DNA of 58,985 nucleotides, counting the filler, from Sanchytrium tribonematis (taxonomy: Eukaryota): assembly GCA_018985235.1 (NCBI GenBank). It is 5 parts of 5 records of this genome, joined end to end, with 100 filler letters (N's around TTAATTAATTAA, not from the genome) between each part and the next. Parts side by side here need not be neighbours in the genome. Positions count along the whole stretch, not along the records: positions 23,667 to 35,388 come from JADGIG010000251.1; 4 more parts are not named here. One strand, given 5' to 3'. Position numbers and translations under genes: made by a program. The number at the start of each line of letters is the position of its first letter. Within the stretch, counting starts at the first letter, position 1. This document shows, piece by piece, positions 23,738 through 34,546 of the stretch. The notes beneath the pieces are model-generated. The model was given only the letters and a program-made list of their open reading frames with translations. It had not been told where the DNA came from and did no database searches.

Positions 23738-25049
23738 TTATTTTTTCAAACTTTGTAAGATTCCATTTGTATCTGCAATTTTACCAAACCATAAATCTAT
23801 AAAATCATTAATTTCTTGATTGGCTTTACTCTGAATCACATCTGTCGTACTAGAATTCATTTTGAAATACGTGGTGCATCCCATACCTTTACTTTGAGTC
23901 AATTGAGCCGTAATAGTTAAATCTTTGTCATTTTCATGAGTTTGCATCTCACTAAACATTTGTTTGCTAATCATTCCACGATATTTAGCATTATTAGCAT
24001 GAAAGAACATGAAAGACCCATCTATCCATTTATGCACGAATATTAAACCACAAAAAAAGTGTTTTTCATTATCTTGATAGCCTACAAATGTGGGAAGATT
24101 TAATATCTCATAATAGGGTTTGTTTAATGCCAATGCTGCAAATCTAAATACATCTTTATCACCAAATAAAAAAGAATACCTAAATAAATGAAAATGACCA
24201 ATAATCATGATTTTGAAGCATTGTAAACCCTAATAATAGGGTCTCATAGTGTATGTTTTTATTGACGACTAATTGACCACTCTCATTTTCAAATCCTTCT
24301 TTGCATTTCACATTAAAAATATCAAAAATGGGATTATTTGGATTTGTTTTCCACGTGTCTTTCCATAGTAATAAACCAGTATTTAAATATTCTAATGAAC
24401 TAAATAGTATTTCAGGATCTTGCATTAAATAATTATCATCATCTAAATATAATATTTCTTGAAAATTGGTGGCTAAAAGAGCTGCTAATTTTAAATGATA
24501 ATTTCTAAATCCACCACTAAATTGGATTGGAATACCATTAAATTGACGTCTCACTAGACTATATACAGATACATCGGGTATAAGACTGATAATTCGAACT
24601 TCTTTTTCATTTAATTCGTCATGGTGAAATACTTCAATGGGTAAACTGGTTTTTGCTCGCAATGTTAATAAACCAGCTACAGTAATTTGGAAATAAGTAG
24701 AACTAGTGACATAAACAATGCCTTTTCCATTTCCAACGTGTCTTTGTTTAATTTTCATTAATTTATCTAATTTCCGTTGAGCACGATTGAGTAATATGTC
24801 ATCAAAATCATTCCATAAATGACTATCTGGTTTATTATCTATTTGTTCTGGATATATATTAGGGATAGGACATGATTGAATGAGATTTAATTTGTGTTTT
24901 TGTTGATCGGATAAATATGGCTCAATTTTAGACCAGTCAGTGACATGTTCTTTGATGATATGGGATACGGTGTCATAAATTATAAATGGCTGTTTAGAAT
25001 CACTGGATATTATAAAAAGAAATAGGATGAAAATGAATTTTGAAATCAT
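23738..25049 (-). CDS. GT71 alpha-mannosyltransferase (MNN2-like), 2 exons
   Basis: N-terminal TM/signal, LPIEVFH, KLAALLATNFQEILYLDDDN, WKDTW, ESGQLVVNK; spliced junction gives HDYWYSFLFGDKDVFRFA. Confidence 0.88.
24180..24198 (-). other. 19-nt spliceosomal intron
   Basis: gtcattttcatttatttag; restores the GDKD motif in frame. Confidence 0.85.
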
Positions 25050-25083
25050 GTTTCAAAGAAAATTTAATTTTGAGATACTTTAT

Positions 25084-25933
25084 TTAAGCATGAACTGAAG
25101 ATCTATTCAGCAATTCTATATCAGTGACTCTTCTTTGATTGTTAGCTGGTCTTTCCATTGATTCCGCTACTGAAGATTGATGCTGTGAACTGCGAATGTT
25201 TTCAATTCCAGAAATTGCATTGGCGCGTCGATTATCCTTGATATGCTTATTAGCAACCATCAAAAAGTTACTGACAACACTCACAAATCCAGTCAATGCA
25301 ATAAATCCAACAGAAGAATCCAATAATCTCCCTTCTTCAAAAAATACCCCAGCCAATTGCCAAAAATGAACATGGTCCTGCAAAACAGAATGCAAATATG
25401 ATGGTGTAGTAACTAATGACTAATAATCTAGTCTGCTTTCCATTCTCTCGTGCCATTGGGTTATTTCGAATCATAAACACGATTTTGAGCAACAAATATC
25501 CTCCAAAACAAAACATAAATGGCATGATGCTCAAATACGCGTAAAATCCAATCGTACTTGATAAAAACCCTCTTGCACTTAATCCATACACCATACAAGC
25601 AACATACGTCAAGAAATATCCAACATATCCAAATATCTTGACATTTTGACTCAACAAGTGATAAACACGCACAAATGGATATGCAGAAAACAAGATACAA
25701 TACGTAGCAGTGAAAAATGGCATCATCACCCAAAAGAAAGGGGTTCTCGTGTAGATCAGGGCTGTAATGGAAGCAGTTAACATGCTCACGTCAATCGCGA
25801 TCACATAATATTGGGCCTTGCTGGATTCAAAGATCATCAATGCGATAGAACTTAAACATAAACCAGATAGAGATAGAATAAACCCCATTCCATAACTGTA
25901 AGAAAAGTAAAATGTATCGTGAATCAAAGTCAT
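25084..25933 (-). CDS. Multi-pass membrane protein (about 7 TM) split by a frameshift
   Basis: Two overlapping hydrophobic ORFs. The frame switch falls at a T6 run near 25340: homopolymer error, pseudogene, or atypical 16-nt intron. Confidence 0.55.
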
Positions 25934-26401
25934 GACTTCAAATGGCTTTTATTTGAGCCCCTTTTTAGATTTACTACGATGCTCGTGTTAACTCGGCTCG
26001 ATGGTAATTAGAAAATGATGGATGCGCGTGTTGAAATTTATTTAAAATGTGTTAAAGCAATCCAACCAGCTGAATTGAAATCAAGTAATACTCATCGGAA
26101 TATGTTCTTGGAGAAGCAAGTTATCTAATGACGCGTAATACTTGAGTCATTAAATACCAGTGCAACTTCTGTTTTTCAATATCATTAATTTGAAAAATTG
26201 TGGCTTGAGACAAATGATCCAATAGCAACATTATTAACAATTTACAGTGGAATTCATAGTACACCTATACATCTCATGGGGCAATTATTTTTGATTGACC
26301 ACAAAAGAAAGTTGTATCACCAGCATATTCATTTAATTGGGTATTTTCACATTGTTCTGTGATTTGTCTCAAAAGAATCACTTTCCATTTTCATTTTAAC
26401 C

Positions 26402-27043
26402 ATGTTGTTACTTACATTGGTAAAGGTATTTTCTACTTTTAATTCCCGAATCAATGTCTATTGCAAATCTAAGAAATGGTATCAGTTCACTTTGGATTTA
26501 GATGGAGATGAAGTTTACAAAAAGCAAACTGGTCTGTCTCTAAAGTATAAAAAGGGAAATCATGAACTTAGAGAATACAATAAGATTCAAATTAGACTTG
26601 ACCATGGAACTCCCATTCATAAAGAAAATACTCGAGAGATGTCGTTCCACATTCAACGAAATGACATCTTTAATTGGACGCAAATCTACCCCACCACCCA
26701 AATTGAAGAAACAGTATCAGATACGAGTGTATTGAAGAATCCCATTTTATTCCATGGATATAACTGCTACCCTGTTAAATTGTTTAATTTTAAATTAATT
26801 TGTAAAAAAGAAGACGGTCAGAATGCGTTTAAACCCATTGAGATTTTTTCAAATAATTTTGAAATTCACTTAAAGAATTGGCTGGTTATTGGAAAATACG
26901 TAAACGGTGAGGAGTATCAAATTAAAATCAAATCCAACAATATGGATATTGGACTAGCTGTAAAATACAATCAAAATGGCAATTTATATAAGTCGCAAGA
27001 CATAATTGAGGGTTTAAGCTGCAGTATTGATCCATATGATTAA
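26402..27043 (+). CDS. Hypothetical protein with short signal-like N-terminus
   Basis: 213-aa ORF starting MLLLTLVKVFS. Confidence 0.65.
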   Translation: MLLLTLVKVFSTFNSRINVYCKSKKWYQFTLDLDGDEVYKKQTGLSLKYKKGNHELREYNKIQIRLDHGTPIHKENTREMSFHIQRNDIFNWTQIYPTTQIEETVSDTSVLKNPILFHGYNCYPVKLFNFKLICKKEDGQNAFKPIEIFSNNFEIHLKNWLVIGKYVNGEEYQIKIKSNNMDIGLAVKYNQNGNLYKSQDIIEGLSCSIDPYD

Positions 27044-27048
27044 ATTAT

Positions 27049-27648
27049 TTATTTATTAATTTCCAATTTGGTGGATTTATGATTCAATATTTCTGCCTCA
27101 ACATAAAACTTTTTAGGATATCTCGCAATATTCTTTAAATAATCCAAATTTTGTTTTCTCTCGTCTTTCCAATGAGTACTGACTGGTTTATTTCTTGCCT
27201 TGTCAATCCTCTGTTGAATTTTAACATTCTCCAATTCAATTTTATCTTGTTGTTTTTGACGATGCATTTTTAATCTATTTTCCATTAATTGGCTAGATTG
27301 AGATGGTTTGGGGATACTAGGTTGAATAGATTGTATTTTATGGTATAATTTCATATTCTGTCTCTCAATATCACGATTTCTATCTTTTTCCATTTGTAAT
27401 TTCTTACTTGAAGAAGGATGGCGCATATATTTAGGTGGACTGGTATCTACAATGGATTTGACATTTAATATCTTCTCTGATAGTTTATCTTTGAGATAAT
27501 TATCATATTTCTTGGCTACATGGACATTATGATGTCTATTCAAATCTAGAGTCTTATTTTTGATAATTGGAAGATTTAAATCATGAATGAGTTGGCCTTC
27601 TACTATGGCTTTGATTTTAGTATCCATAGAAGGGATAAAAAGTGCCAT
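27049..27648 (-). CDS. CFAP97/KIAA1430 (hemingway)-domain cilia/flagella-associated protein
   Basis: KSIVDTSPP...KKLQMEKDRNRDIERQNMKLYHKIQSI...KIELENVKIQQRI pattern. Confidence 0.7.
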   Translation of the reverse strand: MALFIPSMDTKIKAIVEGQLIHDLNLPIIKNKTLDLNRHHNVHVAKKYDNYLKDKLSEKILNVKSIVDTSPPKYMRHPSSSKKLQMEKDRNRDIERQNMKLYHKIQSIQPSIPKPSQSSQLMENRLKMHRQKQQDKIELENVKIQQRIDKARNKPVSTHWKDERKQNLDYLKNIARYPKKFYVEAEILNHKSTKLEINK

Positions 27649-27781
27649 TTTTGGGGGAATTTTCTGGCCGATTTTGGAAAGAGCCGGGGTTTGATTTCAG
27701 GTTTCATAGACAACAATTTATTCTGTGATTGGCAGTTAGGGCTGATAAATCTACTAAAGAAAAGGGCTGTCACGAGTTTTA

Positions 27782-28954
27782 ATGATCTTCTTGATGCTCG
27801 TATTTGCCATGAACAAAAGATCATTAGCTAAATTGTTTGGTAGACGAACAAGATCACCTGTTACTGCCACAGCGGTACAACCAATTCTTGTGAATACGCA
27901 GGATGAAATGGATATCAAATTACTAGATGAGTATTACAATGAAATGGTTAAAATTATAGAAAAGATACAATCTAAGAGTGATGAAGAATTGAATGATGCG
28001 CAACAGCGAAGTTCATTCTATATTGCAATTCAAATAAAAGAGGCACTACTAAATAAAGGTAACAAAATCATAGATACCGAACAAAATAGTGAAATTAACA
28101 ACAAGAAACAAGAAATTGTAAAAGAAATTAATGAAAAAATTCAAGCTATGACTTTTAACAAACAATTATTCTGGTTACAAATGACTGATTCCAAAAGGTA
28201 TGATTTTGCAGATATGATTTTGACAACTTATTATCTCAAAATGACACGACTTAAAGTGGAATTTTTAACAGGATTAGAAGCATCAAAATTAAATCAAGAA
28301 AATATTCAATTGTATGTTACCCAACTTCATGAATTAGAAACAGATCAAAGAAGTGAGATAGAAGCAATTATACTAAGACGGAAGACCAAACCAATGGAAG
28401 ATTATGAACAAGAACAGAACAATGAACGAATCAAGGGAGATTCTTCAATCAAACTCAAAAAACTGGAGTTGAATGAAAGGTTAATGTTTCAATATGATAG
28501 TTATATGGAACCAGAAAATCATAAATACCAACTTACAAAGCAATTAATCGATCTAATAACTGAAAATGAGAAATATTCAACGCTTAAAGAGGAATCCAAA
28601 ATGAAACGTGTTGATTTACATATCGTTAAAAATGTAGAAACGAAAAAGACGGTTTATGACATGCATGAAATATTAAAGTTTGATATTACTAAATTGAAAA
28701 ACAAAATTAGATTCCAAATGAATCGTTTGCGACTAAACAAAATTCGAAATTTCAAGAGTTTAATGGATTTAAAAAATTCAAGATCGCCATCGACAAATTT
28801 GGAACCACTAGAAGAGCTCGAAGCATCATTGGCACTAACCGGCGAATATTACAGTGTGAAATTACAATCATTACCACCAATTCAAGAAGAGGAGATTAAG
28901 CCGCAAAGTTCCATCTCAGCCACAAAGCATATTGACAGGGAAATTAATCTCTGA
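27782..28954 (+). CDS. Putative secreted helical protein, family member 1
   Basis: MIFLMLVFA N-terminus; charged helical body; C-terminal LEPLEE and LPPIQEEE; AATAAA just after the stop. Confidence 0.8.
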   Translation: MIFLMLVFAMNKRSLAKLFGRRTRSPVTATAVQPILVNTQDEMDIKLLDEYYNEMVKIIEKIQSKSDEELNDAQQRSSFYIAIQIKEALLNKGNKIIDTEQNSEINNKKQEIVKEINEKIQAMTFNKQLFWLQMTDSKRYDFADMILTTYYLKMTRLKVEFLTGLEASKLNQENIQLYVTQLHELETDQRSEIEAIILRRKTKPMEDYEQEQNNERIKGDSSIKLKKLELNERLMFQYDSYMEPENHKYQLTKQLIDLITENEKYSTLKEESKMKRVDLHIVKNVETKKTVYDMHEILKFDITKLKNKIRFQMNRLRLNKIRNFKSLMDLKNSRSPSTNLEPLEELEASLALTGEYYSVKLQSLPPIQEEEIKPQSSISATKHIDREINL

Positions 28955-29120
28955 AAGAAATAAATATTTCAATGATTCCATTTCCAATGACAACTCGATT
29001 GACTCGCAATTGAATTCCTTGGGGGTAAATTTTAGGAGTTGCAAGGAATCGGCAAGCTTGTTTGTGATTGGTTAATAGGCCTGTTGGACTACTTAACACC
29101 AACACATGCCCCACCAACTA

Positions 29121-30491
29121 ATGATCTACTTGATACTCGTATTTGCAATGAGTCCCGGATCATCATTGTTACAAGCATTGATGAGAAATAGAAATGCTAG
29201 AAGAATTGTCCCTGAACCATCCTCAGCATCAGCACAAATCATAAGAACTAGAGCTGATGTAAATCGAATTTATGATGAAATCATGTCATCTTATAAGCTC
29301 GAAGTAGCCAATTTATTGCAACAATCCTATTCAAGTGGGTTGGATGCTGGAATTGAACAAATTAAATTTAAAATTGATTCGCTCAATAGTCTTTTACCAA
29401 CTGCAATTAGCAATGTCGCATCAAGAGATTTCAGCAGTATTCCAAGCATATTTAAAAATCACATCAATATCCAACGAGTTCAAACTCGACGAGACATTCA
29501 AGCGCTGACAATTGAGTTGAATCCAGATCAACAATTACAGTTTTTAGAAGCAGTGGATCCTCAAGGATACAAAGTAGCGGAACAGATTCAATCAGTATTT
29601 GACAATCATATGCAAAGACTTAAAGGCAATTTGTTGGATGAATTAAACAAAAATGATAGAAATGAAAATGTTATTCAACAAATTACAACTAAAATCAACG
29701 AATTATTTGCTGAAAAATCAACTATTTTTGGTGAGATTATCAATGGACAGGGAAACGAAGTACAGAGAGACTATCAGACTGAAATTAGTGCTTTAGAAAT
29801 TGATTATCGAGTATTCAGTAGAATTACAGATTCAATTTTGCGTCGAACAAATCCAATTCATAAAATTGAATATCTCAAAATCACTGAGCCATTTAATGTA
29901 AAGTATCAAATTGCATTCAATGATTTAGAGAGTTTAAAAGAAGTTTATAAAATCAGAAAATTAAAACAAGTGGATATTCCATTGATTCATGCGCTAAATG
30001 ATGCCACTGATTTACAAGATCCAGCCTTAAAATTGAAATTAAATGAGTTGAAAAATACAGCCAATCTATTAAATCAAGAATATATCCAACGTATTCTCAG
30101 AATACCAACCTTGACGTATGAAGAAATGAAAAGTGATATCAATGAGAATCGTAAAGAACGAGATAAAAGTAAAGCTCAAAATGAATTGGATTTAAAGACA
30201 TTTCGACAATTTGGTTCAAATGCAGAAATTACAAAAAAAACTGAATTTGATTATTATCGTAAGCCAACTCCATTTGCATCCAATACAAGACAATCAATGG
30301 ATGCAATGCGTAGAGAGATACATACAATCACCATTCCTAAAGTTGAAATAGATACTGGGTTGACAGATACTGGGTTTACAGATACAAGCATTAAATTGCC
30401 AACTATTCCAGAATCATCAGAATTAGAATCAGGTTCTACAATCAGCCATGAAGTAGGAGAAGCAAAACTTGCAGATCACCCTATAAAATAG
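29121..30491 (+). CDS. Putative secreted helical protein, family member 2
   Basis: MIYLILVFA N-terminus (ATG 29121); C-terminal LPTIPESSE. Confidence 0.8.
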   Translation: MIYLILVFAMSPGSSLLQALMRNRNARRIVPEPSSASAQIIRTRADVNRIYDEIMSSYKLEVANLLQQSYSSGLDAGIEQIKFKIDSLNSLLPTAISNVASRDFSSIPSIFKNHINIQRVQTRRDIQALTIELNPDQQLQFLEAVDPQGYKVAEQIQSVFDNHMQRLKGNLLDELNKNDRNENVIQQITTKINELFAEKSTIFGEIINGQGNEVQRDYQTEISALEIDYRVFSRITDSILRRTNPIHKIEYLKITEPFNVKYQIAFNDLESLKEVYKIRKLKQVDIPLIHALNDATDLQDPALKLKLNELKNTANLLNQEYIQRILRIPTLTYEEMKSDINENRKERDKSKAQNELDLKTFRQFGSNAEITKKTEFDYYRKPTPFASNTRQSMDAMRREIHTITIPKVEIDTGLTDTGFTDTSIKLPTIPESSELESGSTISHEVGEAKLADHPIK

Positions 30492-30891
30492 ACAATAAAT
30501 AGATGGTATAACATTTGATGCACAATTGCACTAAAGTATCAAAGAATATGAATCCAGAATCATCAGATTATATCATGATAGATCAAGAATTTTAGATTAC
30601 GTTATTAGAGGTCAACAATATAAATACTAACAATTATAATTTGAAATGATTATTATTCTACTGTCCATACTGCGTTGAAAACCATTTCAAAATAGGTCAA
30701 TTCGAACGTCGATTTGAATTTTTGTTACATCAGGAATTAGGTATCGATTTTGTCTGATAATTAATCATCAGAAACAATCATTGGATCAATTAAATGATGT
30801 GAATATCGAGCTCATTTCAAACAGTGTCATTGATTGGATATCAGGATTATCAAGACAATAAAAAGAACCATGAATGATTGAATTATCGAAA

Positions 30892-31539
30892 ATGATTTAT
30901 TGGATGATTTTATTTGCAATACCAGTTTTATCAACAGAGCAGAACAGATTGATTAACATAGTGAATGTGTTTACTGATTACCAAATTGCAAAAGTGCAAT
31001 ATGAATATTTACAATCATTAAGTGGAGGTAATGAGGTCTTGAAAAATAAGGAAGTCCTTTTGGCTAAAGTCAATAAGCTCGTAAATTACAGAAATGCAGC
31101 TATTGAACAAATTAATCATGGTAAATTGAAGGTATTTCAATTACACCCTAATTTGCAAAACTTTGATCCGAATTTATCAAAATGGTCAATTTTACAATTA
31201 CACAAGGAAATGAACCAATTTTGGAATGGATTGAGTGACGAAAAGAGAGAAATATATAAAAAATCAGGATTTCAGAGTCATGGATGGACTGGATGGAATA
31301 ATGGTAACACTAAAGGAGGAGAAACTGGCACTGTTCAAATTAAATTGCAAGAGGCACTTAGTGAGGCCAAATCAAATGTTGCAGCAAATATACCATCATC
31401 TAAAGTTCTTTCCCCTATTGGTACTGCAGACCAGTATGTGGCAGAAGGTCCTAATATTAATTTGGATTCAATCGCGGGAGTGACTTCTGGAATTGAAGGT
31501 ACGGACCCAAAAGGCGAAGTAAGAAAACCTGGTTTTTAA
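30892..31539 (+). CDS. Putative secreted protein, family member 3
   Basis: MIYWMILFA N-terminus (ATG 30892); AATAAA overlaps the stop. Confidence 0.75.
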   Translation: MIYWMILFAIPVLSTEQNRLINIVNVFTDYQIAKVQYEYLQSLSGGNEVLKNKEVLLAKVNKLVNYRNAAIEQINHGKLKVFQLHPNLQNFDPNLSKWSILQLHKEMNQFWNGLSDEKREIYKKSGFQSHGWTGWNNGNTKGGETGTVQIKLQEALSEAKSNVAANIPSSKVLSPIGTADQYVAEGPNINLDSIAGVTSGIEGTDPKGEVRKPGF

Positions 31540-31726
31540 TAAACTATTATTTTGATTAAATGCAGTTAATCCAAATTGTTCAAGGTATTTCAGATTCCGC
31601 AGGGGTAAATGCCTGATAATTATCAAATTTCAGTTACAATCATTGGCCACAGACTATTTTGCAGCTTTATTATTGGGTGACGGGATATTCAAATGATTCA
31701 AAAAGCATGTACCATCCAAATGTATT

Positions 31727-32656
31727 ATGATCTTCTTGATTTTATTTGCAATGGCAACATCAACTCAGCAACAACTCAAATCAAAAATTAACTATGTTTA
31801 CAGCATGAAAATGCTAGAACTGAAATTGAAATTTGTAAAACCAAATGGTAAAGACTCAATTTGGGAAAGTTTTAGAAATTATTGGGGTGGGGATGAAATG
31901 ACGAGATTTAAAACAAATATTGCAGCACTTGAAGCAGAAAAGAATGCTGCATTGGAAAAATTAAAAAATGGTGACCTTGGTAAACTTGACCAATATAATT
32001 TGATCCATACAGATGCCGACTTGAAGACTCAAAAAATAGAGGAATTAAGAGCGGCATTGTCAAAATTGTCTGATGACAGATTATCTGTTTTCGATCAACT
32101 ATTTTTTGATCAATATACAAAAAGGTTTCATAGAGTAAACGATTTGGAAAAAATTCAAGCATTCAATGCTATCATGAAAGATACGGTAACTACTGATCTT
32201 GTTATACAATATTTTAAAGTTGACAATGACAGAAAGTCTGACTTGAATATGGCTAGATCTGATCCAGATTTTCTTCCGTATTCTGATAAACTGACACAGA
32301 CAAGGATCAAATCAATGTCTCACGTGGAAATGATTTATAAGACTTTCGAATCAGAACTATTGCATCCATATGTGCGTCATATGCTTAAAAATTTAGTGGA
32401 TTGGAATAATCGTCAAGATGGAGAACCAAATCTGCAAGATTTTAAGAGTGAAATTCAAAAAGAAATCAAAAAATTGCCAAAGGTCATTAAATGGCGAAAT
32501 CTACAAAACTCAAGAATAAAATTTCAGCCATCACTGGAAATAATACCTGAAGATGCATCTCTATCAGAAGGAACAAACAATAAAGAGCAAATTACGGAGC
32601 CTGATGGGGCAAACCATAATAGCCAAGAACCATCGAAACCAGAATTAATTGTTTGA
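31727..32656 (+). CDS. Putative secreted protein, family member 4
   Basis: MIFLILFA N-terminus; C-terminal LEIIPED. Confidence 0.8.
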   Translation: MIFLILFAMATSTQQQLKSKINYVYSMKMLELKLKFVKPNGKDSIWESFRNYWGGDEMTRFKTNIAALEAEKNAALEKLKNGDLGKLDQYNLIHTDADLKTQKIEELRAALSKLSDDRLSVFDQLFFDQYTKRFHRVNDLEKIQAFNAIMKDTVTTDLVIQYFKVDNDRKSDLNMARSDPDFLPYSDKLTQTRIKSMSHVEMIYKTFESELLHPYVRHMLKNLVDWNNRQDGEPNLQDFKSEIQKEIKKLPKVIKWRNLQNSRIKFQPSLEIIPEDASLSEGTNNKEQITEPDGANHNSQEPSKPELIV

Positions 32657-32722
32657 GATGAATAAAATTTAAAACATTCACAATGCTATTTCATATCTCT
32701 ATTTCAATGAAATCCAAATGCC

Positions 32723-33388
32723 ATGTCACTCAAATCTTCAAATTATCTCAGAATTGGATTTTGGAATATTAATGGCAAATTACTCAAAAATCTACCCATT
32801 TTTAAATCAAACTTCAAATCTCATCAATTTGATATATTTTATTTACTGGATACAAAATGCAAACAACACTTAAATGGATATGATGCATGTTTTCCAACGA
32901 CAACACATTCTTGTGGCATGTCTATTTTGTATAATTCTAAAACACGGCAAATGATTGAATATATTCAGGGATATCAATATTGGACAGTCATAAAAATGCC
33001 TCAATTGGCTATATTAAGTATTTATAATGCACCTAGTATAGAGAATCATAGTATTTATGAGATTATTAGGGATTTTACAATGTCACATGAAAATATTTCA
33101 AAATATATTTTAGGTGATTTTAATATGAATTTATCAAGAATGAATAAATGGGATAAATTATTGTTGAATCAATTTATTCAATTTGGATATTGTAAATGTG
33201 ACTATACTCCACCCAATTTGACTACATTTGAAAGAATGTGCAACAAGAAATTACAATCTTCGCAAATTGATCATGTCTTTGCATGTCATAGGCATCAATC
33301 TATTCAATTACAAGTACAACCACGATGCCATCCAATATCCAACATATCTGATCATAAATTGATTGAATTTTCAGTCCCAATTTATTAA
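32723..33388 (+). CDS. Stand-alone EEP/APE-like endonuclease domain protein
   Basis: FWNING, SIYNAP, ILGDFN, SQIDHVF, ISDHKLI; stop and AATAAA directly after the domain; no RT. Confidence 0.82.
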   Translation: MSLKSSNYLRIGFWNINGKLLKNLPIFKSNFKSHQFDIFYLLDTKCKQHLNGYDACFPTTTHSCGMSILYNSKTRQMIEYIQGYQYWTVIKMPQLAILSIYNAPSIENHSIYEIIRDFTMSHENISKYILGDFNMNLSRMNKWDKLLLNQFIQFGYCKCDYTPPNLTTFERMCNKKLQSSQIDHVFACHRHQSIQLQVQPRCHPISNISDHKLIEFSVPIY

Positions 33389-33402
33389 AATAATAAATTT
33401 AA

Positions 33403-34359
33403 TTAAGCTGTTAAAATATGATATCTGACATCTTGTGGTACTCTTCCAAATGCAATTTGTGTCTCTGAAAGTACTCCAAATGTCCATGGATCCATTTCAC
33501 TCCAACAACACCCCGTGATACTCGGTTCATGAATATTATCCCATTTTGCAATTAATGAATTTTCTAATAGATTCTCTTGATCCATCACTTGCTTACTAGA
33601 ATATTGTGCTAAATCATATAATATCACAGCACCATCTGCACCTGTTGTCATGATTAATTGGTCATAACTCGGATTATATTTGCAATTCATGACCCAATGC
33701 GTGTGATCATGTAATTCCATAACTGCAGTACTTGGATTTCGGATATCCCACACCAGGCAGCATCTATCCATCCCGCCACTTGCAAAATAATGAGATACAT
33801 TTGAATTGACATCTAATGACAACACTTGTCCCTGATGCTGATTAAACTCAATTTTACTTTTACTAAGTGGATCTACCATGCAAATAGTAGACCCGGAAGC
33901 GATTAAATCATATTTATTGGATTTGCAAATAGTTTGAATTTGCTTAAAGAATGATGTGGGTGTAAATTGCCATGTATTGGCATCTAAATACCCTAATTGA
34001 GCATCATTGGGTGTATTGTTGGTAGTGGGTGTCTTTTTAACAGCTAATAAATCATGATTTAGTACGATATGCTCTAAATTGACTGAATAATTATCATGAT
34101 TTGTGATTCTTAAACCAAATTGGTTTTTATCATAATAAGTATACATGAATAGATCCTTGTACATATTGCATTGGATAATACTGACATCTACTTCAATTTG
34201 TTCTGATTGAACTGAAAAATGGTCATTTAATGTTAATAATGAAATGGAGTTTCTTTCTTTTATAGAGCATGTACCTGCTATAAATTGGTTTTTATGGCAT
34301 TTTAATGCATTTCCAATACAGGGTAATGAAAAATTGGTTTGTTCAGTTAATTCTGTCAT
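33403..34359 (-). CDS. WD40 protein, EIPR1/TSSC1-like
   Basis: SGGMDRCCLVWDIR, HTHWVMNCKYNPSYDQLIMT, WSEMDPWTF. Confidence 0.8.
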   Translation of the reverse strand: MTELTEQTNFSLPCIGNALKCHKNQFIAGTCSIKERNSISLLTLNDHFSVQSEQIEVDVSIIQCNMYKDLFMYTYYDKNQFGLRITNHDNYSVNLEHIVLNHDLLAVKKTPTTNNTPNDAQLGYLDANTWQFTPTSFFKQIQTICKSNKYDLIASGSTICMVDPLSKSKIEFNQHQGQVLSLDVNSNVSHYFASGGMDRCCLVWDIRNPSTAVMELHDHTHWVMNCKYNPSYDQLIMTTGADGAVILYDLAQYSSKQVMDQENLLENSLIAKWDNIHEPSITGCCWSEMDPWTFGVLSETQIAFGRVPQDVRYHILTA

Positions 34360-34546
34360 AAAACAGTGTTTTGAAAAATAAAAAACACCGTGATTTCATC
34401 AGACACGTGAAGCCACTTCATATAATTTCAGATACTTTGATTGGTCACAGAGTATCACAAATCAATTACCAATATAATACAGGAAATGCGATTGGATGCT
34501 AGGGGCGTACATCAAACATAAAAGACGCACGCGACAACAAATTATC

